From: Corallochytrium limacisporum Hawaii
Lineage: Eukaryota; Protista; Pluriformea
Reading direction: 5' to 3'
DNA length: 64,000 nucleotides
Assembly: GCA_002811645.1 (NCBI GenBank)
Contig: PDIP01000031.1
Location: 62,001-126,000, forward strand
In this document: in pieces, positions 1 to 8,745 of the stretch
Numbering within the stretch: position 1 is the stretch's first letter
Layout of the letters: each line of letters starts with the position of its first letter
Notes under the pieces: model-generated
Seen by the model: only the letters and a program-made list of their open reading frames with translations
What the model was told of the DNA's origin: nothing
Database searches by the model: none
Position numbers and translations under genes: made by a program

Positions 1-1368
1 GCAGAGACCCGCGGGCAACAAGACGTCGTTCTTCTTGAAATCACTGCCCACCAAACGCACGTTTTTGCCCTCCTTCGCAAATTTGGCAGCTCCTTTGAGC
101 TTAATTGTAACCTCTTCGTTGTCTTTGTCCTCAACCAAATCTGTGTCCTCAACAGGGATCACCGCATCGCAGTCCTGGGGCAGATGCGCTCCGGTGCTGA
201 TGCGAACCACCGAGAAAGATTTAACATCTCCAGAATTCTGTGCCGTGTACGTCGGGAAAATCTTGAGGCCCGAACCTGCGGTTGTCACGCCCTTAACCAT
301 GACGTCAATGTCCTCGGGACTGCCTGCCGCTTCCAGAGCCTCTGTCAAGAGGGCAGCATTGAACGCATATCCGTCCATGATCGACGTCGGTAGAGATGGC
401 ATGTCAATAGGCGAGAGCACAGGCTCCGCGACGAGGGGTGCGTGCAAGCGTTCCCGACGATTAACGTGTCGACCCAGAGGCACCTGGTACTCAAGGTTCT
501 GCACCATGTGCAAGTACCCATCGATTTTGGTGGCCTCCATGACCTTGCCAAATGCGTCTTCGTATGGAATCATCGGGTACGCCGATTCACGCGCCCGTCG
601 GTGCGGGAAAGGTACTGGCGGCTCGTCGCGTTTCCTTTCGGACTTGCGGCGGCGCTTGGGAGGTGGACCCAGAGGAAAGTCTGAACCGTTTGGCCTGGTG
701 CCCGCGGCTGGTACCTCTTTACCGAACAGCATGTAACCCTCCTTTACCAAAGTATGAAACGTCGCATGACTAGCAGCAATCGCGGCCGTCTTGCCACTGA
801 TCTGGTCAAATGCGTGGAAATACACCGGCTTCATGGCCTCGAAGCATTCCTTAGTGGCCTTCTTGCTGCCCGGAAGGCACACGACGAAGATTCGTTGATC
901 TCCGTTGCGACCCGCAGTCATGACGCCAACCAAGGTTCTACCTAGAGCTGCGAGGGGAGTCTTGTTCAAACTTTCCCGGGTGATTAATTGTGCAAACCCA
1001 GGCACTTCGTAGTCTAGCCATTTCCTGACTGCCTGTGGAGTGCGATCATCCCAGGTTAGTCCTGTGCCACCCAGTGTGATCAGAGACTGTGGTGCTCCAA
1101 TATGCATAATTTCGTCAAGTGTGTCTTCAACCTCCAGATCCTTGCACAAAAATCTTGTCACGGCCATTGAAGCCTTCTGGTGATCTCGCAGCAGGCTAGG
1201 GAAGAGCTCCAGGGCTATCTCACCCGCACTATCTTCCTCATAAGTCCTTGAACTTGACACTGTCAGAATCAGAACATATTTGCCCTCAATGTCATCGGTC
1301 TGCAGGACATTCCTTATGTCCTGTGCCATGGACGCGACATCAGCCGCTTTGCTATCAATGACTTGCAT
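1..1368 (-). CDS. GPHN: Gephyrin-like molybdenum cofactor biosynthesis protein (MogA/G domain + MoeA/E domain), 3'-truncated by window edge
   Basis: Absent from the ORF track; I translated it by hand from ATG 1368 and it stays open to base 1. G-domain motifs ILTVSSS, TLGGTGLTWDDRTPQA, LPGSKKATKEC. Linker/E-domain motifs RRARESAYPMIPYEDA, TSIMDGYA, RISTGAHLPQDCDAVIPVEDT, NVRLVGSDF. The G-then-E order is as in animals and fungi. Confidence 0.93.
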   Translation of the reverse strand, partial: MQVIDSKAADVASMAQDIRNVLQTDDIEGKYVLILTVSSSRTYEEDSAGEIALELFPSLLRDHQKASMAVTRFLCKDLEVEDTLDEIMHIGAPQSLITLGGTGLTWDDRTPQAVRKWLDYEVPGFAQLITRESLNKTPLAALGRTLVGVMTAGRNGDQRIFVVCLPGSKKATKECFEAMKPVYFHAFDQISGKTAAIAASHATFHTLVKEGYMLFGKEVPAAGTRPNGSDFPLGPPPKRRRKSERKRDEPPVPFPHRRARESAYPMIPYEDAFGKVMEATKIDGYLHMVQNLEYQVPLGRHVNRRERLHAPLVAEPVLSPIDMPSLPTSIMDGYAFNAALLTEALEAAGSPEDIDVMVKGVTTAGSGLKIFPTYTAQNSGDVKSFSVVRISTGAHLPQDCDAVIPVEDTDLVEDKDNEEVTIKLKGAAKFAKEGKNVRLVGSDFKKNDVLLPAGLC

Positions 1369-2118
1369 CCTGATAATTGGACTGGTTTCCACCCAAACTA
1401 CACAGGAGCCCAACACCTGAGCTGAATTTGTTACCGAATGTGGAGTCCTGTCCCGTGTACCTGTACAGGTTCGTTTTTATACTTACGTTCCATAGATCCT
1501 GCAGTCGGTGAGAAAAAAGGGAAAACTGTAAGACCGCAGAGATAGGAACAACAAACGCCGGACCAGGGCTGACAGATATCGGTGTGTTGGCCGTACTCCA
1601 ACTTCATGGATTTCAACCGCCAGCTCCGCCTTCACCAACCAAAAAAGTACCGATCTCCGGAGGGCCAGACGTCCACTGTGTGTGTGCCTGTGCCATTAAA
1701 TCCGACGTGTCATCGCTGTCCCATCGATGGGACGAAAAAGCACTTTCGGCTTCACAGACTCTCACCCAATGCCACCCCACGTAAAAAACAACACCGATGC
1801 CATCGAAATCACTATTAATGCAGGCAGTGTTGGCGAAAGACCACCAAAGGTCGCCACCAACAATAATGTAGCACACGCGCACACGTACACACACATACAC
1901 ACAGGCTCACTGAAAGATCGCATCAAAGTATGGTTAGTTTACGAAAACATTGCGCGCATTCCTGGTCGCACAAGAAAGGAAAGAAACGAGAGGTTTCAAA
2001 CGGGCTGAAGAAAAAAATATCCATGGGTGCGGGTTGATATAACCACAGCAATCGTAACGCACTGCCTTTTCGGCACAATCGCCAGGCCGGGCCCGCTCAC
2101 CCTTCCCATCCGCAGTTA

Positions 2119-2219
2119 CCCCCCCCCCCCCGNNNNNNNNNNNNNNNNNNNNNNNNNNNNNNNNNNNNNNNNNNNNNNNNNNNNNNNNNNNNNNNNNNNN
2201 NCCCCCCCCCCCCCCGGGG
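2119..2219. repeat. poly(C) tracts flanking assembly gap (N 2133-2201)
   Basis: C13 before the 69-N gap and C14-G4 after it. Confidence 0.9.
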
Positions 2220-2687
2220 CCTCTCTTCACCACCGCCCTTCGTTTTGCTTGTCGATCCTTGCATTTTGAATTGCCGCCCCGCTCCCTCCGGGGCCCCTTT
2301 TGGGACCACCTTCTTTGTTCTCTGATCGGGGGCCTATTTTAAACGTAGCGTTTTGGCTCCCTGTCGGGCCACTCACGGCTCGAGTGCATTCGCGACGGCC
2401 GCGCCGGTGGTGCGTTCTGCTCCGGTTGCGCCAGATACTAAGGAGAGGGGAGGGGGGGGGGCTGGTGGGCAAAACTCTGTGCGGGAAACTTATAGGTGCG
2501 ACCGCTTCTTGCGTTCCCCCCGGGGCCCGGGGGGTGGGGGGTGAGTGAGTGTCAGATCGCGCCGGTGGTGGTTCGAACTGGGGAGACCGTAGCAGGGAAA
2601 CGAAGAGCCGGGAGAAGGGTCAGAGCAAATTGCGGGCCTCTGGCAGGCGCGGGGAAACCCTCCTCTGCTCAACCGCCCTTCTCTCTT

Positions 2688-2884
2688 CCCCCCNNNNNNN
2701 NNNNNNNNNNNNNNNNNNNNNNNNNNNNNNNNNNNNNNNNNNNNNNNNNNNNNNNNNNNNNNNNNNNNNNNNNNNNNNNNNNNNNNNNNNNNNNNNNNNN
2801 NNNNNNNNNNNNNNNNNNNNNNNNNNNNNNNNNNNNNNNNNNNNNNNNNNNNNNNNNNNNNNNNNNNNNNNNNNNNNGGGGGGG
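2688..2884. other. Assembly gap (N 2694-2877) between a C-run and a G-run
   Basis: 184 N flanked by C6 on the left and G7 on the right. Confidence 0.95.
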
Positions 2885-3198
2885 AGGGCGGCGGGGAGAC
2901 CCGACGAAGTTGCAGACTCGGACGCGCCCGGTTACGATCAGCCACCGGCTGGTAGCGGGCCGTCTGGGAGAGATGCGGGCTAACAGCAAAGATGGCATTG
3001 CTCGTGCTTGGCTTGCGAACTTATGAGCGACTTCTACAAGTAATGTGAACATGGATATGTATTTATTAGGATCATCATTCAGAAGGCGGCCTTAGACAGC
3101 GTTGGACAAGCGCCCGGCGGCAAATGAACAAGACTGAGCAATGGTAGTCGGGACCTCACTTTAAGGTTAGTAACGGATAGAACAACTTACTGGCCAGG

Positions 3199-4323
3199 AT
3201 GACAGGGCCACTTCAGTTTGAGGAGCTACCCAGTGAGATCATATGCCTGGTTTCCAGACACTTGGATCTGCATGAACGCCTCGAATTGTCGACATGTTCG
3301 AAGAGAACTCGAGCAGTCATGTGTGGACCCAACAGCCAGGCACGGTTGTGGGGCGATGTAAAGCGGACTCTGTATAGAGATGTTGAAGGGGAACAGATGT
3401 ACCTTAAGCCCTTTTTCCCACGAGAACCAAACTGGAACGAAATGGAGCGCACCCTGCGTTGTGGTGTCCACATGCGATCAGTGTTTCCCGGCTCCATCAT
3501 CATTGTGCGCATGCACTGCTACACATTCAAGCAACCGCAACACTTCGCCATGCTCGGAGTGGCAGATATCCTTGATTTGAGAGACTGTCAGCACATAACC
3601 AGTACTGCATGGTTTGGTAGTGTTTCGGAACTATGTTTATTGGGATCGTGGCACATTTCAGATGTCAGCACTTTGGGTCGCCTAGTTACACTTGATCTGA
3701 GCTTCTGTGAACGTCTGACAGATGTAAGCGCTCTGAAGCACATCCCTGACCTCAGTCTCAAGGGCTGTCGCCGCCTGGCTGACATTTCCGGCCTGGCCCA
3801 TGGTGGCGTCCGCCGCCTGAATCTTGCTTACTGCAATCTCGTCACGGACGTGTCCCCGGTGAGCTATGTGCACTCCTTAGACCTACAGGACTGCACAGGC
3901 ATCCGAGACATTTCATGCCTCACCGGGGTGCATTCGCTCAACGTTGCGGGAATGGCTGACTTCAACGGTCTGGACCGGCTCCGTCAAAACTTGCATGTTC
4001 TGCGGGTCAGTGCGCAAAACAAATCGCACGTACAGATTGCCAAGAACATGCTGAACGAGGCTGATGATGGCGGAAATGCCAGTCTGCGCTACTTGGAGGC
4101 TGTGCGGGTGCACTGGACGCCATTCCTGCGAGCGCATTTCAGCATGCAGTGCGAATGTGCTCATGGCCACCCGCTCAACAATCGCGTCTCTTTCGATTTC
4201 CAGTCCACCCGGCCGGATGCAAAGTCCGACAATCCCACGGAAGTGCAGCGCCAGCACCCTATGAATGGAATATATGGCGTCGAAGACACGCGGTTTCTCA
4301 CCAGCGCTATCCACTGCCTTTAA
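3199..4323 (+). CDS. F-box/leucine-rich-repeat protein
   Basis: N-terminal F-box FEELPSEIICLVSRHLDLHERLELSTCSKR, then about 7 Cys-containing LRRs (LDLSFCERLTDVSAL, LSLKGCRRLADISGL, LNLAYCNLVTDVSPV, LDLQDCTGIRDISCL). Confidence 0.88.
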   Translation: MTGPLQFEELPSEIICLVSRHLDLHERLELSTCSKRTRAVMCGPNSQARLWGDVKRTLYRDVEGEQMYLKPFFPREPNWNEMERTLRCGVHMRSVFPGSIIIVRMHCYTFKQPQHFAMLGVADILDLRDCQHITSTAWFGSVSELCLLGSWHISDVSTLGRLVTLDLSFCERLTDVSALKHIPDLSLKGCRRLADISGLAHGGVRRLNLAYCNLVTDVSPVSYVHSLDLQDCTGIRDISCLTGVHSLNVAGMADFNGLDRLRQNLHVLRVSAQNKSHVQIAKNMLNEADDGGNASLRYLEAVRVHWTPFLRAHFSMQCECAHGHPLNNRVSFDFQSTRPDAKSDNPTEVQRQHPMNGIYGVEDTRFLTSAIHCL

Positions 4324-4458
4324 GGCATGCATACCGTTTAGTATACATTAAGTATTTTAGGAATTTCTCTATTGTTGATTCTTTAACAAGTTGTCTGCGA
4401 TACTGTGGTGGTCATATTCTGCAGGCGATGCTTTACTTGGAATGCACATGTCGTGCAC

Positions 4459-5001
4459 CTATGTCAGCGTGTCTTCCGCCCGGATATACTCACCGACATC
4501 AGCCTGATGGAAAGCTACCACAGCTGTAGGGTCCACTTTGCGCATGTCCTGGGTGTTCTTGGCTGTGACTCCGAACCCAAGAGGAATATCGCTCATGCTA
4601 AAGATCACTACCCCTTGGTACTGCGGCGTGTTCTCTGTAATGCGGCCGAGGTGGGCCTTCAGTACATTGTTTCCGTACAGAAAACTCTGTTCACCATTAG
4701 GCTTGAGCCACACCTTATGTTTGCAGTACTGTGCAATGTAGTCAAGACAAGTAATATGCAGGCGGACCTTGCCAGTCTTAGTGAATTTTCCAAAGCAAGT
4801 CCCCAGTGAAACTAAGTGATCCCGAGAAATGTTCGTGGCCCGACGAAGGATCTCGTCATTGGTGTAGTAGATACGCTGTTCATGAAGACGGAACACCCAG
4901 TCACCGTCTGAACGCTGTACTAAGTGCTTAATGTTCTCACCAATGAATTGTGCCAGCTTCTCAAAGAAGCGACGAGTCTCGTCCTCTGTCAATGGCCGCA
5001 T
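4459..5001 (-). CDS. NIP7: 60S ribosome biogenesis protein NIP7 (PUA domain)
   Basis: [74 protein letters not shown]. Start reassigned to ATG 5001, giving a 180 aa protein that begins at the conserved NIP7 N-terminus. Confidence 0.97.
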   Translation of the reverse strand: MRPLTEDETRRFFEKLAQFIGENIKHLVQRSDGDWVFRLHEQRIYYTNDEILRRATNISRDHLVSLGTCFGKFTKTGKVRLHITCLDYIAQYCKHKVWLKPNGEQSFLYGNNVLKAHLGRITENTPQYQGVVIFSMSDIPLGFGVTAKNTQDMRKVDPTAVVAFHQADVGEYIRAEDTLT

Positions 5002-5896
5002 GGTTTCAAGATCGGTCAACAATGATGTAAAATTGTTGGTCATCTCCATACTATAGCTCAAGTGTACAAATTCCGCGAGACCAGATTTTCTTATACCAAC
5101 CGGAAACACATTCAATAATAATGAACCATCTATGGAACCACGTTCTCTGCAAGTAGACCACGGAAAGTGTTGCACCGTGCGTAAGTCTGGAGACTCCGCG
5201 CGACCCGCATGACCCACCAGAAATCTCCCTTGCAAACACCCACCACCCGCCCGTGTGGTCGAGCCGACAGGTATATAATTAGGCCCCTAAACAATCAAAT
5301 TGAAATCCAACCTGAAGATGAATCAAATACTTACGTTCACAGTTATTCGAGAAGAGCGGAAGAAACTATTTTCAATAGTGAATGTACGGAACCTGGCGCC
5401 CCAAAAATCGGAAGCGGGAACTATGGGCGCGACCAATGGCGTACATCTCGGTCGGTATAGGCACTGAAATAGCCGCCTTTCCCAGAGACCCGCCCGCTCG
5501 ACGCAACGGTCATCGAGGGAATATATAGAAATCGATGAGAGTTTCTACATACTCTTAGTACCATGGGTACTGGGTTACGTGTCAGAATCCGCAGCGGCTT
5601 CGCTAAACCCGCCCGGGGCCCCAAACAAGGCCAACAATTTCCTTCTGCTGCCCTGCAGCCCCATCTGCCTCCGTGGCCTTTTCGCAATGCAGCAATCACG
5701 TCGATCACCAGCACGATCTGCAGCTTTTCGAGTGCCTTGTAGCAACATAGTATTGGACTTGTCAGTGTAAACTACTTGAAGGCGTTAGTCGAAATGTGTA
5801 TGACTTATGTCAGTGCGCTGTAGACTAACTTTTTCAAGTGGAAAGTGAACATATTGTTGAGCAACCCGCAGTTTTGATCACCGAGGAGAGTCATCC

Positions 5897-6784
5897 ATGA
5901 GCTGGTATCAGTCGCTCAGTGATATGTCGGCTGCGGCCGTGCATTCTGTTAAAGGCTACTTCGGTGGTAACCAAGAAGAGCCCGATGCTCATACTGATGA
6001 AGAACAAGAGCGCATCATTAGCGAAATAGAGTTCCTAACCGATCGGGACCGCGAAGAACAGAGCCGCAAGTCGCTAGTAGTGGCAGTATGTGGTATTGTG
6101 TCCGCTGGCAAGACCTCCCTGCTGAAGGCACTCTTAAACATCCCGCCGCAGAACCGCACTATGGAGGTGAGTGCCTTGAGCGGAACAACGAAGGAACCGC
6201 GGGCGGTACTGCTGAGGTCGAGCGAGGAAGGCCATAGCAACATTATTCTGCTCGATCTGCCGGGCCTGCACGAAGTTTATCATAATGATGACCTGGACGG
6301 GAACACCCGATACCAGAGGTTCCTGAAGAGCATGTTTCGGAGGGGTGTCATTGACTGTGGAATCATGGTTGTGACGGGAGCGGCGGACTCCAACCAGCGA
6401 AAGGATTACCAGGAACTCAAGCGCATTAGTCAGAGAGTATTTGTCGTACGTTCGAAGTGGGATGACACCGAACATCTGTCAGAGCAGGGACGTGCACGGA
6501 TATTGAAACAGTGGCGCAAGGCTTTAAGTATGGAACCAGAAGAACCGATTTTCACCACCACTGTTCGCGGCTACGACCCTGAAGTCGAAGATTACGGTAA
6601 CGTGCGCACAGAAGGACTGGAAGCCCTGCGCAAAGAGATTCTCAAGCTGATGAAGACCCTAGGTAAGCAAAACGCACTCTACGTGTGGGTCAATGAGGTC
6701 TTCAACGATGAACGGCTCATTATGGGTGCTGCCGTCGCAACGGTCGTACTCAGCATAGGTCGTATGGCTATTCTGGCTTTGTAG
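5897..6784 (+). CDS. Era/MMR_HSR1-like P-loop GTPase with C-terminal hydrophobic tail
   Basis: G1 GIVSAGKTS, G2 SGTT, G3 DLPG, G4-like SKWD; hydrophobic C-terminus LIMGAAVATVVLSIGRMAILAL. Confidence 0.82.
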   Translation: MSWYQSLSDMSAAAVHSVKGYFGGNQEEPDAHTDEEQERIISEIEFLTDRDREEQSRKSLVVAVCGIVSAGKTSLLKALLNIPPQNRTMEVSALSGTTKEPRAVLLRSSEEGHSNIILLDLPGLHEVYHNDDLDGNTRYQRFLKSMFRRGVIDCGIMVVTGAADSNQRKDYQELKRISQRVFVVRSKWDDTEHLSEQGRARILKQWRKALSMEPEEPIFTTTVRGYDPEVEDYGNVRTEGLEALRKEILKLMKTLGKQNALYVWVNEVFNDERLIMGAAVATVVLSIGRMAILAL

Positions 6785-7292
6785 CGGAGAGGTCCGCTAC
6801 TCCATCACTCATGCACAAGTTACTTTATACATCACTCTCATGTTAGCATACTCGTTTACACCACACACCGAGTAATCGATTGGTCACAACCCGGCCACTG
6901 TCACTCTAGTGCACGGTGCCAGATCCCGCTCCTCATCTAGATGCAGCAGTCGCAGTCAGGCACTCCCAGCACAGCCCACCTCTTTCAGCGCAGGGGGGGG
7001 GCACTTTTTCTAAACAAAGGAGACCGGCGGCGTACGAGGCCAACCATTGGACTCTGGACGTGCGGAGACCACATCGCCAGCCGCTCATGCGTGCTTTCCA
7101 GTATTCAGTTTCTACACAAGGTACATAAAGAAGATGGCATGTTAGGATGCGTTCAAAACGAAGTATCTAGAGTCATATGCTCTCAGAGAAGGTGCTCAGT
7201 AGTATGCTTTAAGGTCATGGATTAGAGACATGGCCGTCGTTGAAATCTACTTCAACCCCGGCGAAGAGTCTCATTGTTTGCGCTAGCTCAGT

Positions 7293-7616
7293 ATGACTAT
7301 GAGCACTTCAAAAGAAAAGGGCAAGGGTAAGGCCCCTGAGACATCAGTGGTCGTGAAGGAAACAGAGATGGGCGAAGAATATGACGAAAAGGACTTTGAA
7401 GTAGAAGACGATCCCACGGAACAGTTGGCGGAACTGGCCGTAAAGGACGAGGACGAGGCTGTAGAGGAGTACATCAAGAATTATGTTGAAGCGGAAAAGG
7501 GCGGTAAAGGAAGTAGCATGTTTAGCAAGATGAAATTCTTTGGAAAGGGCAAAAAGAACAAGGCAGACACCGACTATGGATCTCTTGTGAAAGACAATCT
7601 GTTCGATCCCACATAG
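7293..7616 (+). CDS. Small acidic hypothetical protein (107 aa)
   Basis: ATG-initiated, purine-rich, coding-like composition. E/D-rich core with Lys-rich ends, an upstream G-tract and an AT-rich 3' flank. No recognised domain. Confidence 0.6.
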   Translation: MTMSTSKEKGKGKAPETSVVVKETEMGEEYDEKDFEVEDDPTEQLAELAVKDEDEAVEEYIKNYVEAEKGGKGSSMFSKMKFFGKGKKNKADTDYGSLVKDNLFDPT

Positions 7617-7730
7617 TCGTCGTACATGCTCGGCATTGAATCCAAACGTAGTCCCTTCAAGCCACAAGAAGCACAGTTATATCCTTCGTTTATCATCGAA
7701 ACCAGTAAGGGTTCCATCATCTGCAGTGTC

Positions 7731-7754
7731 ATCATCATCATCATCATCATCATC
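7731..7754. repeat. (ATC)8 microsatellite
   Basis: Eight perfect ATC units. Confidence 0.95.
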
Positions 7755-8745
7755 GTCAAGACCATACTGTATGCCGAGACACTCCCACATCCCGTTCCCA
7801 GTGCGGTACATTTATTATAGACAACATGCAACTGCGCATAAGTTGGACGAAGGATATAACGTATGACATGAAACTGATACCTTCGTTATAAACTTCTAAA
7901 AGGGAGTCCATTTATATGGGCGGGATATCCCAGGCGCACAAATGCCAACGTTTTGAATTTTTGTTTACATTTCTACATATGTCATGTTTGCACATGAATT
8001 CATAAACACTCTATGAGTTGTGTATAATATACTACCATGTTTTAAAAATATATAGGTATTGCTTATAATCTTCATATTGCGCACGTTCTGGTCGCGGGAG
8101 ACCCGCTCCCGCACAAGTTCTGCCTCGCTGTGGTCCGGACGGGCAAAAATGCCGGCCCCCGGTTTGGAGTTGTTAAATGAAAACAGCTGCACGATCTCCC
8201 AATTCAGGAGTCCAAAAAAAAGAGCAACAAAATAAAGACAAAGGTAGATTAAGGGAAAGGGACAAGGAGATAAAGGAAAAAAGGCAAAAAAGAAAGGGGG
8301 AAAATCGAAATCCCCGCCCGCCCGTGTGTGTTTCTTTTTTTTTTGGGTCCATCCCGCAGTTTAGCGGCAGCTGCGGGAGACTCCTCCTCCTAATTGAGAG
8401 ATGGCGGGGATGGGAGACGTCGGGGGCTGTGGCGCACGGTGGGGAGATAACCTCAACGGGAACACATAGACTTTGGGGGAAGTGGACGGAGGGAAATTAC
8501 ATGTTGATAACGAACGTAAAACGGTGAGGTTTCGGCTGCAGCTTCGCTTTGTGTGTCCGTGGTGTTTGTAGTACAGACGACGATGCCCGTCAAAAGTCTC
8601 ATGATGTGTGAAGGTGTGGTATCAGTGAAGGATTGCATGATGGTATTCCAAACCAACAGAGCTAGAGTTGGATGATGATCACGATTGTGTGAAGCGATCG
8701 GATATCGTTCGGTAGAGAATTCGGCAAGATCTGAATTCTGCAAAG

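Noticed and set aside
35-945. Plus-strand ORFs (233 aa etc.) at the window start
   Set aside because: Antisense shadows of the minus-strand gephyrin CDS.
1718-1733. Perfect 16-bp palindrome GTCCCATCGATGGGAC
   Set aside because: About one is expected by chance in 64 kb; it is not repeated elsewhere.
5002-5235. N-terminal extensions in the ORF track for NIP7, PRO2, the His-rich methyltransferase, the coiled-coil gene and the second F-box gene
   Set aside because: They rely on non-ATG starts or unconserved sequence; starts were reassigned to the conserved or first ATG.
7281-7310. tRNA D-arm-like TAGCTCAGT...TGAGCA (also GGTTCGAAC near 2570 and TAGCTCAG near 56237)
   Set aside because: No matching T-arm or acceptor stem at the right spacing; no cloverleaf can be drawn.
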